From Pristiophorus japonicus (Eukaryota): a stretch of 64,000 nt of DNA. The stretch lies in contig NC_091980.1 in assembly GCF_044704955.1 (NCBI RefSeq), positions 50,964,001-51,028,000 of the forward strand, given 5' to 3'. A program made the position numbers and the translations under genes. Below are positions 25,362 through 38,133 of the stretch, one piece after another. The first letter of the stretch is position 1, and each line of letters begins with the position of its first letter. Below the pieces are notes generated by a model. It made no database searches. It was not told the origin of the DNA and saw nothing but the letters and a program-made list of their open reading frames with translations.

Positions 25362-28300
25362 TATATTTCCTAAGACGACACACCAGCTGCAGTCAAGAGG
25401 GTCAGTTGGGTCATTTGCTCCTAGGCCTCCACGAATGAAAATCTCATCTGACTATTGGAAAGTACACACAAGTGGCTAAAGAAAAAAGGGAATTTGCCAT
25501 CTTCCCTGTGAGGAAAAATCTGATGACTTTCACAAGGAATGAAACTAAGATTCAGAATCCCTTGGCCTGGGGTAATCAAAGCCGCATTGTTTTACACCAA
25601 CGTGCTGCATAATCTTACTAAATAAATAATGTAAAATATATATACAGGTACTCTTAATGTAAGCCATGTTTCCCAGTTAATGACCACTCTGCTGACACCC
25701 CTATATTTGCTCTTATTCCTCATGTATTCTAAAATGTTTGTCTTTGAAGGAACCAGCTGTTTACTTGGCTATAATTATCACTGGGAATTTCCTCGGGTTT
25801 TTCCGATTGGCCTCTAACTTTGGTGGAAAAATGGCGGAAACCACGGAAATGGGGTTTCTGCCGATCTGCAGGGGAAAATTAAATGTACACTATAGATATA
25901 TCAAGAGTTGCCATGTTGGGGGAAAAATCAAACGCAACTCTTGAAGCTATACAAACACTACAGTGAAATGTTATTTATTAGCACAAAATTTACTTATATT
26001 AGAAAATTGTAAAATGAATATAATTGACAGTTTGCATGGAAACAGTAACAAGTTCAGTTATCTGAAGTTGATCTTATTTTTCAAAACAATTGTGATCCTG
26101 ACCTGGACTAGTTCCTGTAGTTGAAGTGGTATGAATGTTTTTTTCCACCTGCTGGATTTGAATTGGAAACTGGTGCTTTTTAAGGTGCTATCGTTCAGTG
26201 CTAAATTGACCATCAAACTCAGAGGAAAAACATTTGAGCTGGTGTGGGAAATGAAAAAATGTCGCACTGGTGCGGTAGGGTGTGTTCTCCTGAGTTTGGG
26301 GCTGAGGTACCATTGTTGGGTTGAGTAGAGGAAACTTTATTCTGCATCGAAATGTGCTATTACCTTGCTTAGTTGCGAGTGCTTGATGATGATGCTGGAA
26401 ATAGAAATTCTTCCATTCCCAACATGCCTCAATGAACACAAAAGGTTCCTCCTCTGGAAAAAGTTTTTTTTTTAAAGCCCTGTAGTCGAACTTCAACAAA
26501 TGCTTTTTACTTTTTTTTAAAAAGATGTGGTTGAACTGTAATAAATGTTTTTAAAAGATGGAATTAAAAGAATGAGTGCACACACAGATTAACTTCCCCT
26601 TTGTGGCTGGAGGGAAACATTCCAATTGAATTATGAGACACTATTTCTCCTGGTGATCTAAATGATGAGAGACTGTGGTTTTCATGTGTTCTAGCAATTA
26701 AATTCTTGTATGTATTCATTCTTTCTGATCCCTTTGACTTTGTAAATAAAATTGAGGGAGCTTGGAACAAGGAAAATCCTAATAATTTTCATTTTGGCGA
26801 TGAAAGCTGTGGTTTGACACCTGCTTTCCCTCCTTTGCTTTATGACACTGCCAGGAAAGGGGCATGCTCCATGAAGTGAATTTAAACAAGCTTACAGTGT
26901 CTGCTTTTGATGGACAATTTGTTTATTGAAATGGACATATTTAGAGCTCGTCTATTACTGCAGGTGAGATTGATTTTATTATGAATTCCAGACTTTCGCG
27001 TCTCACCCCTTCGAAGGATACAAGATTGTGCCATTTGTCACAGGGACACAAAAGAGAATGATCCTATGTATGAAATTCCCAAGATCTTGTCTTGCATGCA
27101 AAGCTTAATAGCAAATCGAGTTCCATTCGGGTATATCCAGCACCAAAATGGCCATTTAATTTTCTTTTCGACTATGTTGAATTTGGGAGAGAGATGCAGT
27201 GCTTTGCGAGATTAAAAAAAGTGCCAAGAAGACCAGGTCTTCTCCTGGAGCTCAAACTCGTAGTTTGGCATTTGTGTGATTCTACATAAACTGATATATC
27301 CTCCCTTTGAACTTATCATGTGTAGTTTCAGATATGAGAAACTTCCAACTCTGTTGGCTTAAGGATGGCCAAAAGGGAAAACCAGCTGCATTATGGGGAG
27401 TAATGTACCGTAGTTGCTTAAAAATCAGTCTGCTTAAAATCTTCTGATTTTGTTTATTTGTCAACATGGCATTGTACTAGGATTTTTTCCAAAAGGTAAT
27501 TTTATGTTGTCAGAATGCAACCTGTTCTATGGGATAGGTGTTTTCTTTCCAGCTCCCTAGAGATTTGAGACATAATGTAGAATCTCTCATACTTTTGTTT
27601 AGCAATTGTCATTAACCCTTAAACTACCAGCAAGTCCAGGGAAATCCTAGTATCCAAATTGGCAATCTCACACACTGGCACCAGTCGGCAGATCACAGAC
27701 AGATGTATACATTATCTGTGGTGCAGCAAGGGTTTAAGTTTGTCAGAAGCTTAAACAAGTTCAGAAAAATGAATGAAGAAGGTGAAGGTCTATGCTAAGT
27801 GTTCATCTGTTCCTCTGCTACCTTATTTATCATCTCTGAAAGATGATACGCATGGACGAGTTACTGTCTCATAGCCTCATGGTTCTACATGGACAGTATT
27901 AAAGATTCCTAATTGCTTTTCTGTGAAAGTGTTTTCTTTACACTTGGTGTTTGGAACATAAAGATTGTGATCCATTAAACTTTAAATTGACTAACATTCA
28001 TTCACATTCAGTAATCCTCGGTATAAAGTAGGTGTTTCAAACTTATTTGGTTATTGTCTTATCATTTGGTGATTGTTCACCTTGAAAGTGCAGCACTCCG
28101 TGCACAGCTGGGCACCTGTAAAACACCATTAGCTGGTATTGAGGTTGATGGATGCAGCCATATTTGTTTTAATAATCACCCTTGTTTTTGCTGACCTACA
28201 TTGGCTACCAGTCCCCCAACACCAACAATTTAAAATTCTCTGCTTTGCATTTAATTCCCTTAATGGCTTCACCCCTCCCTATTTTGAAATATCTTCAGCC

Positions 28301-28916
28301 ACTACCGCTAAACTATTCATTCCTCCGACTCTGGTCTTTTGTGCAGCCCCCTCCCTTCGCTGCACCATTTGTGGCTGTGACTTAAGCTGCCTACTCTGCA
28401 TGAATTGATGAAGTAGTTAAAGAGCTACACAATTGTTTCATAACAAAAGCCTTGCACAAAAAATGTTTGAGACTTTGAAAATAATGGACTGTTCAAAGTA
28501 AATCCATTTTTAATTGGAGAAAACCTTATGGGTTTAGGTTGGTACTCATCCTAACAGGAACAGATTTTCTGCTTCTTGCGATGTAAGCGCATTGACCTGT
28601 CATACAATACTGAAGCAAATACACGTCATTTGTGCCTGTGCAAATCCACTTATAATCTTCCAAGGATATGGTCGGAATAAAAAGGATAAAGGCCATTTCT
28701 CTGGAAGCTTAATATCTGCAGGTGTGATGAAAAACTTGCAGTGCCTGTTATAAAAAGACAATTATTTTTAATTGAACAGAGCATATGGTTTGATTTATGG
28801 AACTAATAAATAGAAGGCAGAATATGCAAGGGATCAATACTTTGGATTTATGAAATCCCCATGCAAAATCATAATACCATTACTCATTACTGATCCGTGA
28901 ATTAACTTGGACATCA

Positions 28917-29365
28917 GAAAGAAAAAGGAAGACTTGCATTTATATAGTGCCATTCAGAGCCCCAGGATGTCCAAAAGTGCTTTACAGTAAATGAGGTACC
29001 ATTGAAGTGTAGTCACTTGTAATGTAGGAAATGCGCCAGCCAATTTGCACACAGCAAGTTCCCACCAGCAGCAATATGATAATGACCAGATATTTTGTTT
29101 TTGTTAAGTGATATTGGTTGGGGGATAAATATTGGCCAAGACACCGGGGATAACTCCCCTGCTCTTCTTAGAAATAGTGTAATGGGATATTTTACGTTCA
29201 TCTGAGAGAGCAGATGGGGCTTCGGTTTAATATCTCATCCAAGAGACGGCTCCTTCAACAGTGCAGCGCGCCCTCAGTACAGTACTGGAAAAGCAGCCTA
29301 GATTTTTGTGCTCAAGTCTCTCAAGTGGAACTTGAACCCACAACCTTGTGCCTGAGCCACAGCTG
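28917..29365 (-). mobile_element. Deu-domain SINE (SacSINE1-like)
   Basis: tRNA-like head (ACTTGAACCCACAACC on + = B box), Deu-like core, and GACTTGCATTTATATAG tail on +. A degraded + strand fragment lies at ~23985-24085. Confidence 0.65.
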
Positions 29366-29439
29366 ACACTTGTGTTATTGTACAAAATAAGTGTCGTCTT
29401 ATGTTGGTGTTTGTAACACACACTGACTTGCTCACAGGA

Positions 29440-31625
29440 ATCGCACCGTGAGCAGAGTATACAGAATGCTAAATTGAAAGAAGTACAAGTAAATCGCTGT
29501 TTCACCTGGAAGGAGTGTTTGGGGCCCTGAATTGTGGGAAGGGAGTAGGTAAAACGGGCTGGTCTTGCATCTCCTGCGCTTGCACAAAAAGTGCCGTGGG
29601 AAGAAGAGTGGGAGATGGCGGTGATAGAGGAGTAGACCAAGGTGTCATGTAGAGAACGGTCCCTTAGGAATGCTGAATGGGGAGGGGAAGATGTGTTTGG
29701 TGGTGGGATCATGCTGGAGGTGGCAGAAATGGTGGAGTATGATCCATTGAATGTGGAGGCTACATAACGTAAGAAATAGGAACAGGAGTCGGCCATTTGG
29801 CCCCTCGAGCCTGCTCCGCTATTTTATAAGATCATGGCTGATCTGATCTTGGGCTCAGCTCCACTTCCCTGCCCGCTCCCCATAACCCTTCACTTCCATA
29901 TCGTTCAAAAAATCTGTTTTTCTCCACCTTAAATATATTCAGTGATTCAGTCTCCACAGCTCTCCGGGGAAGAGAATTTCACAGATTTACGACCCTCCGA
30001 GAAGAAATTCCTCCTCCTCTCAGTTCTAAATGGGTGACCCCTTATTCTTAAACTATGCCCCCTAGTTTTAGATTCCCCCACGAGTGGAAACATCCTCTCT
30101 GCATCTACCTTGTCGATCCCCCTTAGTATCATATGTTTCAATAAGATCACCTCTCATTCTTCTGAACTCCAATGAGTATAGCCTCAACCTCTCTTCATAA
30201 GTCGACCCCTTTCATGAATCAACCTAGTGAACTGAACTGCCTCCAATACAAGTATATCCCTCCTTAAAATGAGACCAAAACTGTACGCAGTACTCTAGGT
30301 GTGGTCTCATCAATACCTTGTACAGTTGTAGCAGGACTTAATTGGCTTTTATACTCCATCCCCCTTGCAATAAAGGCCAACATTACATTTGCCTTCCTGG
30401 TTACTTGCTGTACCTGCATACCAACTTTTTGTGTTTCATGCATAAGAACCTCCAGGTCCCTCTGTACTGCAGTATTTTGTAATCTTCATTTAAATACTAA
30501 TTTGCTTTTTTATTTTTCCTGCCAAAGTGGATAACCTCACACTTTCTTACATTATATTCCATCTGCCAGATATTTGCCCAGTCACTTAGCCTGTCTATAT
30601 CCCTTTGCAGATTCTTTGTGTCCTCACAACTTACTTTCCCACCCATCTTTGTATCATCAGCAAACTAGTGGGGTGGAAGGTGAGGACAAGAGGGGAACCC
30701 TGTTGTGGTTCTGGGAGGGTGGGGAAGGGTGAGACCAGTATGTGCAGGAAATGGAAAGGTCATGATCGAGAATCCTGTCAACCACAGTGAAGGAGAATCT
30801 TCAGTTGAGGAAAAAGGAAGACATATCGGAAGCACTGGTATGGAAGCTGGCATTGTCGGACCAGATGAGATGGAGAAACTAGGAGAATGGAATAGAATCC
30901 TTACAAGAAGTACGGTGGAAGTGTAGTCCAGGTAGCTGTGGGAGTCAGTGGTTTTATACTGGATATTGGTCGATAACCTATCCCCAGAAATAGAGAGAGA
31001 GAAGTCGAGGAAGGGAAGAAAAGACACCGATGGACCATGTGAAGGGTGGAAATTGGAAGCAAAGTTTATGGTATTTTCTAGTTTGGGGCGAGAGCAGGAA
31101 ATAGCACGAATACAGTCATCAATATACCAGAAAAAGAGGTGAGGGAGCGGACTTGAGTAAGATTGGAACAAAGAACGTTTCACATATCCCATGAAAAGGC
31201 AGACAGAGCTAGGATCCAGGCGAGTTCCACAGCAACACCATTTATTTGGAGGAAATGAGTGATGTCAAAGGAGAAGTTGTTCAATGTGAGAATAAGTTTA
31301 CACAGGTGGAGAAGGGCGGTGGTGGATGGGGACGGGTTGGGCCTCTGTTGAAGAAAGAAGCAGAGAACCCTCAGGCCGTCTTGGCGGGAGAAGGAGGTGT
31401 AGAGGGATTGGACATCCTTGGTGAAAAGGGGACAGTTAGGGCCAGGAAACTGTTAAAGTAGCGGAGGGCGTCAAGAGTCGTGGATGTAGGTAGGAAGAGA
31501 CTGGACAAGGGGAGAAAAAAAAAAGAGTCGAGATGGGAAGAAATCAATTTTGTGGGGCAAGAGCAGGCTGAAAAGATGGCAGTCCTGTTTGTGAACTATG
31601 CGGGGTTGGGGGGGACTATGAGGAA
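29440..31625 (-). mobile_element. Penelope-like element (RT + GIY-YIG remnants), split by a CR1 insertion
   Basis: RT FWYIDDCI...NFHPS...FLDFSLSI...YKTTDSHSYLDY. Start of the GIY-YIG region FQVKQRFTCTSFNL-FCI-CSRC. Confidence 0.82.
29762..30666 (-). mobile_element. CR1 3' fragment nested in the Penelope-like element
   Basis: CR1 tail ACATAACGTAAGAAATAGG, DKVDAERMFPL...TRGHSLRI. Confidence 0.88.
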
Positions 31626-32799
31626 ATCAGGAATTTACACGAGGACAGGTGGGTTATTTTCTTTGGAAAAGATGAGATTTAAAGGTGATCTGAGGTTTTC
31701 GAGATTCTGAAGGGAATTGATCTAGGTAAATTTCTTATGAAAAGCTCAAAGAAATTAAATATGAGCAGCAAGAAAGTAGGTCAAGCAGAACTTTTTCACC
31801 TAAAGTGTATCAGGATCATAGAATAGGTTACTAAGGAAGGCCATTGAAGCAGACTGTATAAATAGGTTGAAGGCAATTTGATATGCTTTTGGAGAGAAAA
31901 ATGATTAAAGCATATGGTCAGAAGGCAGGTACATGGGTTTGAATAATGAAAATGGCAAGCTTATTGGCCCTAATGACCATTTCCTGTTCATTAATATTTT
32001 TATGTTAATACTCAATTGCTAAATTGTAACAAAGAAAGCTGAAATCCTGTGAATCAGTGTCTCTGGTTGATCTAACCTGCTTCACACCAACCGACATACT
32101 TCATATAATATGCAAATAGATTCCTTTCAAACTGGTAATTGCTCATCAACATAGGAAGTGTTGGACCCCTCACTGTGAGGAAGCAATATATGGACCCTGT
32201 CCCAGTATCTGTATCCAGTTGAATTTCATCCTTGTTACTCAAGAATTTATACAGCCTGGAAATAGAAATCTGCCTTTTATCTTTAATTTTGCTAGAATAG
32301 TGGAATAATTTCATTTCTGTCTGAATGTTTAGGAGCATTCATGATTCCTCACCATTTTTTCCCACTAAACTGCACTTGCATGAGACAATGACTTTGAAAA
32401 GGCCATTTCAATGTAAAGAAGATACTTCATGGTAAGTAAGTCTGGAATTTGTCCCACATACATGATGGAGTGGGAGGACAAAGTAACTCACAAGCTGTAG
32501 AGCTGCATAAATTATGTAAATGACAGACTATTAAAATACATTATTGAGTCCTTTGTGAGTGATAAGAGGAAAGCTTTGCTACTTGAACCCCAAGGTTTGA
32601 TTCGTAGTCTAAATTCAAACACAATTTTCTATTATTACTACTATATAAGGTAGTGAACTTTGTTTACACTTTTCATAGCACTGTGATGCTGTTTCCGTTA
32701 TCATCAGTGCTTTGAGACATAGTGTGATGTCGGGTCTGAAGAACTATTGTACTTGTAATGTAGGAACTGATCAATTATTGGATTAATGGGTGGGACACG

Positions 32800-33722
32800 T
32801 TACTTGCCACTTATCAGCCCAAGCCTGGATGTCGTCCAGGTTTTGCTACATGCGGGCATAACCTGCTTCATTTTTTTCTGAGGAGTTGCGAATGGAATTG
32901 AACACTGTGCAATCATCAGCAAACATCCCCACTTCTGACCTTAGGATGGAAGGGAAGGTTATTGATGAAGCAGCTGAAGATGATTAGGCCTAGGACACTG
33001 CCCTGAGGAACTCCTGCAGTGATATCCTGGGGCTGGGATGATTGACCTCCATCTTCCTTTGTGCTAGGTATGACTCCAGCCAGTGGAGAGTTTTCACCCT
33101 GATTCCCATTGACTTCAATTTTACAAGGGCTCCTTGATGTCACACTTGGTGAAATGCTGACTTGATGTCAAAGGCAGTCACTCTCACCTCATCTCTGGAA
33201 TTCAGCTCTTTTGTCCATGTTTGGACCAAGGCTGGAATAAGGCCTCTAGCCAAGTGGTCCTGCCAGATCCCAAACTGAGCATCGGTGAGCAGGTCCTTGG
33301 CGATTAAGTGCCGCTTGACAGCAATGTCAATGACACTTTCCATCATTTTGCTGATGATTGAGAGTAGACTGTTGGGGTGGTAATTGGCCACATTGGATTT
33401 GTCCTGTTTTTTGTGGACAGGACATACCTGGGCAGTTTTCCACATTGTCGGGTAGATGCCAGTGTTGTAGCTGTACTGGAACAGCTTGGCTAGAGGCGTG
33501 GCTAGTTTTGGATCACAACTCTTTAGCATGACAGCTGGGATGTTGTCGGGGTCCATTGCCTTTGCTGTATCCAGTGCGCTCAGCCACTTCTTGATATCAC
33601 GTGGAGTGAATCGAATTGGCAGAAGACTGACTTCTGCGATGGTGGGAACCTTCGGAGGAGGCTGATATGGATCATCAACTCGACACTTCTGGTTGAAGAT
33701 GGTTGCAAAGGCTTCAGCCTTG
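32800..33722 (-). mobile_element. LINE family B ORF2 fragment (RT); its upstream continuation lies at ~43502-43615
   Basis: [48 protein letters not shown]. Confidence 0.85.
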
Positions 33723-34423
33723 ACCGAACATACAATCATACGAAAAATGACGGACAGGTAAAGACCATTTGGTCCATCGAGCCTTGTGTATCACAACATA
33801 TACAGCCCACCCCACCTTAAACCATGTGATCTACTGGGAGCGTCAAAAAAACATTAAAAAAACCCAGGCCAATTTGGGGGAAAAAATCTGGGAAATTCTT
33901 CTCCAACCCATCTAATTGATCACTCTAGCCTTGAATTCCCTGCAGTACACCACCTAATGTAAGAGTGATCACCGTCCCAGCCAGAAACAAATCCAGATTT
34001 CGCTGAAGGAATTCAGTGAGTCTGCATCCACCACACGAAATAGCAGCTTGTTCCAGAGGTCTCGTATTCTCTGGGAAAAGAACGACCTCCTGATGTCTAA
34101 CCTAGATCTAGCCCTATACAACTTAAATTTATGAATCCCGGTCCTGCCTAACTTATTTATTTGAAATAAACCGTCAGCTGGAACACCATCTATTCCCTTC
34201 ATTATCTTATGAACCTCAATCAGATCCCCCCTAAGTCTACGCTGCTCTAAGGTATAGAGTCCCAACTCTTTTAGCCTATTTTGATAATTCAGATGTGTTA
34301 GACTTGGAATTCGTCCAGTGGCCCTCTTCTGCACCCTTTCCACAACCTCTGTCACCCAACATGTGAGACGACCAAAACTGGACAGTATTTAAGTACAGCC
34401 TGACTGAGGTCTTGTACAAAGAC

Positions 34424-35840
34424 TGAAGGGTGCAAAATTTGTGGGAGAACCCCCACCCCCCAGTGTTTGGACTCATTGGAAAGGAAATTTAATTTGGAAC
34501 TATCTAACAGAAAGTTTGAAATCCTAAAGTGCACATGGAAGAAACTACGAACTTTAATCAAATTTGGGATTTTACAAGACAAATTTAGTCTGTGTGGACA
34601 GGGCTATAGAATTAAAGGATAACTATCCTGCAAAGAAACCAGTTTGAGTATTGAAGCTGTCTGAGGTATTGAAACTAAAGTAAATTGTCTGGAAAATTAT
34701 GGATATTCGAAAACCCTTCTCCACAAGAGACATTAACATAGTGACAATTAACCCAGAGAAGCTAACCATCATCCTGAATGCATAATAACAATGGCCCATC
34801 CAGCCCGCATGAAAAAAAAACTAAGCACAGACAGACATTGCAAATACCAAGCTAATATTTCCATCAAGAAACAGATTTAGAAGATCAACCCACCCGAGAT
34901 AGGTTAACATTTTAATGAGCCCACCAAAATATGACACAGAAATATCAAGCCCGCCAAAATTAAACAAAGAATCCAGGCTGATTTGGCGTGAAGATTAGAA
35001 CAGCTCCAAAAGTATAACTGGGTCCTGCTTTAACAAAGGGTATGCCATGCTGAACAGAAGGTATGCACATAGCAGCATAGCCTCATAGAGGATCAAGAAA
35101 GGAGAGAGACCACCGCAGCAGTTGTAACCAACTTCTCCAGCCTCGATGTCATGCTATCAAAAAGGAAGGAAGAGCATCACCATCGCGGCAGCAACTGACC
35201 ACAGCCAACGTGGTACCACCAAAAGAAACACCGCGATCGACCAACTTCGAAACAAAACTCCACAAGGAAGAAACCGAAGAATCGAAAGTTTCCACTCCAC
35301 AACCTGGACCTGACTACCAACAGGTGAAAACATTATGTAAAAAGACTTTGAAACCTATTTCTAATGAAAGAAAATGGGCACTTACCCCATAAGTCCAAAA
35401 CGCATCAGCGGACACCACCCAACTGAAGATTGCGGAGTAAGAAGTCTTCTCCGACGTTCGGGGTATGACAAGCAGAACCTACAGAATCCAGCGAAGCCTG
35501 AAATCGCGAACTACCGCCAACTGACCATAAAGGATTGGTAAGCATAGGCCCTGTTTGCACTGGAGTCTAATCTAGTCAGTGTTGGGTATTGGGAGGTGTA
35601 TTATTCACTCTAACCTCTTTGAATGTGTGATGTACTGTTCTTTATTAGAGTAATTATAACTTTGACATTGTATTTTCTTATCTTTAATAAAATCAAAGTT
35701 CTTTCGCACCAAACCAGTTGTCTCTTGCACTTTATCACATCCCCCAAATAAATCCAGAGTCTAGAACTCAAGGGAGTGGGAGCGATTTGAACCGCTCAGA
35801 AGGTCAGAGGTGAACCTGACCCCCGAGACCACCCCTTACA
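34424..35840 (+). mobile_element. Solo LTR (~1.4 kb)
   Basis: Termini TGAAGGGTG and CACCCCTTACA, flanks AGAC/GGAC (near-identical 4-bp TSD), internal AATAAA near 35686. The CR1 sequence resumes on both sides. Confidence 0.6.
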
Positions 35841-35884
35841 GGACAAAACAGTATGCATCATCTTATACTCATTTGTCCTATGGA

Positions 35885-36413
35885 TACACGCTAACTTGGG
35901 CCCAGGAGCAGCGTGGAGGCATACCATTGCAAGATACAGTGCGAGCTGGTGTAGGAGGGTGACGGCTGTGAAGAGTGATGTCATCAAGATTCAGGTCGGT
36001 GATTGGAGCGCGGGCAGATACAGCAGGAGCAGCGAGGTCGGGGTGAAAGAGCGGTGAGAGACTGTAGAGGGACGTGATTGGGACCCGGGGAGGCGTCAGT
36101 TCGGGGCCAGGGGCTCGGGGCAGTTCGGGCCAGCCCACACTGTGATATGTATGCGCACTAAGTCCGTGCAGCAGCGCTGGTCTCCAGTCGTCTTGCGTAA
36201 TCCTTGCCACTGGACCAAGACCTAGCTCTGTCAAGCACGTGTGGTGGCTGGTGTGCAACGGCCACCCCACGTTAAAAAAATTCACGCGCCGGCATCTTCC
36301 ACCCTTAAGGATGGAGTTCGGGTCCTTCATTGAAACACCTGTGAACTCGTCCTTTTTTGGCATGGAAGCAAGTCATCCTCGTTTCGAGGGACCGCCTGTG
36401 ATGATGATGATGA
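35885..36413 (+). mobile_element. Non-autonomous retroposon with an RTE-type 3' end and (TGA)n tail
   Basis: Ends GGAAGCAAGTCATCCTCG...GAGGGACCGCCTG(TGA)5 and has no RT-coding sequence. Confidence 0.55.
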
Positions 36414-38133
36414 CACCCTAACACCCTATTGGCTCTAGCTATCGCTACATGGCATTGCTCATGTACCTTTCAGGATGCATGCACTAGAATGCCCAAATTT
36501 CTTTTTATCTCCACCATCTTTACTGCCTTTCCCTGAAGTGTGTATGAATGTTGAGCATTTGCCCTGCCCACTTGCATAATACTGCAATTATCTAAGTTAT
36601 GCATCATTTTCCAGTCTTGAGCCCGATCTGCTAGAAGCAGACGAGCATCTTCTACAGTTTTAACACAGATCTTGGTATTATCTGCAAATTTGAAAATTGT
36701 GCCTCCAACCCCGAAATCCAGATCATGAATAAAAATAGTAAAAAGCAATGGTCCCAACATCGATCCTTGTGGGACACCACTGGTGACTGGTCTCCAAACA
36801 GATTCAAATCCATCTATAATTACTTTTTGCCTGCGTCCTGCCAGCTAGTTCTGAATCCAACTCAATATATTACCACTAATACCAGAGGCTCCGATCTTAG
36901 AGAAGCCTCTTATGCAGTATCTTATCGAAAGCTTTTTGGAAATCTAAGTAGACAATGTCTACTGGGCTTCCCTCATCCACCAATTTTGTAACTTCTTCAA
37001 AAAATACAATTAGATTTGTAAGGCATGACCTTTTTTTTTTAATGAAGCCATGTTGGGTGTCCCTAATATGTCCTTCCCTATCCAAGTATTCATATATTGC
37101 ATCCCTTATGGTTCCTTCAAGCATCTTACCTATTCCTGATATTAAACTGGTGGGCTATAGTTACCCGGGTCTGTTTTGTTACCTCTTTTAAAAATGGGGA
37201 CTACATTAGTTAGCCTCCTTCCAATCCGTAGGAACCATTCGAATGCAGTGAGCTATTAAAAATACAGGCCAGGGGCTCGCACAACACATGTCCCGTCTCC
37301 CGGAGGACCCTTGAGTGAATATCATCCGGCCCCGCTGCTCTATCTATTTTCAAGTTCTTAATCCTTACTAAAACAATAAATTTATCTGTGTTAATGTTAC
37401 TAAAAAAAATTGTATTAAATTCTAATAGTCGAGCATCATCTTCAAGGGTGAAGACTGATACAAAAGTACTCATTTAATATTTCCGCCATTCCTAGTGAGT
37501 CTTTTGTAGCCTATCCTTGAACACTGTTCAGTGGCCCAACATAGTCTTTGATAGTTCTCTGAATCTTCACAACTAAAAAAGCTCTTCCCATAACTACCAC
37601 AGTTGAATACAATCCTTTTTTCAATTATCCTTTTTGCTAATCTAATAGCAGCCTTAGTTTTCTTTAGTCGTTCCTTGCATTCAACCCTGTTTAGTTGAGT
37701 ATTAAATGTTTTTAATTAATAGAAACATTTCTGTTTATATTTATCTTATTTATATTTGTACATAGCCAGTCAGCCTCCTTGGCTTTTTCTTACCACATTT
37801 CCGTCTTTTGATTTTGGGTACATGTTTGTTTTCCACATTTTAATCTTGTTCTTAAAAACTTTCCATTTATATTCAACATCGGTCTCATCACCACCGAGGA
37901 GGGAAACCCAATTTACCCGTTCCAAATCATCTGCCATTTTTGGGGAAGTTTGCTCTTCTGAAATCTGGTACGAGTTGCAGGTTCTCAGTAACTATAGTTC
38001 TACTCGCCAATTGGAACCGTATAATGTTATGATCACTGTTGCCCAGATGTTCCCCCACATGGAGGCCTGATATGAGGTCAGGCTCAATACTAAACACCAG
38101 ATCCAATATATGATTATCCCTAGTTAATTCTAT

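Larger units (their letters stand above)
33725..38133 (-). mobile_element. Older CR1-type LINE, interrupted by a solo LTR and a SINE-like insertion
   Basis: LDLVFS, SDHNII, QHGF, YLDFQKAFDK, LGPLLF-IFI-DL, KFADNTK, RRLRGDLIE. Confidence 0.85.

Noticed and set aside
26361-26535. Minus-strand exon candidate (FNHIFLKK...PEEEPFVFIEACWEW...)
   Set aside because: The frame runs through homopolymer tracts, its 3' end overlaps what looks like an old dispersed repeat (similar to ~23850-23895), and I recognise no protein.
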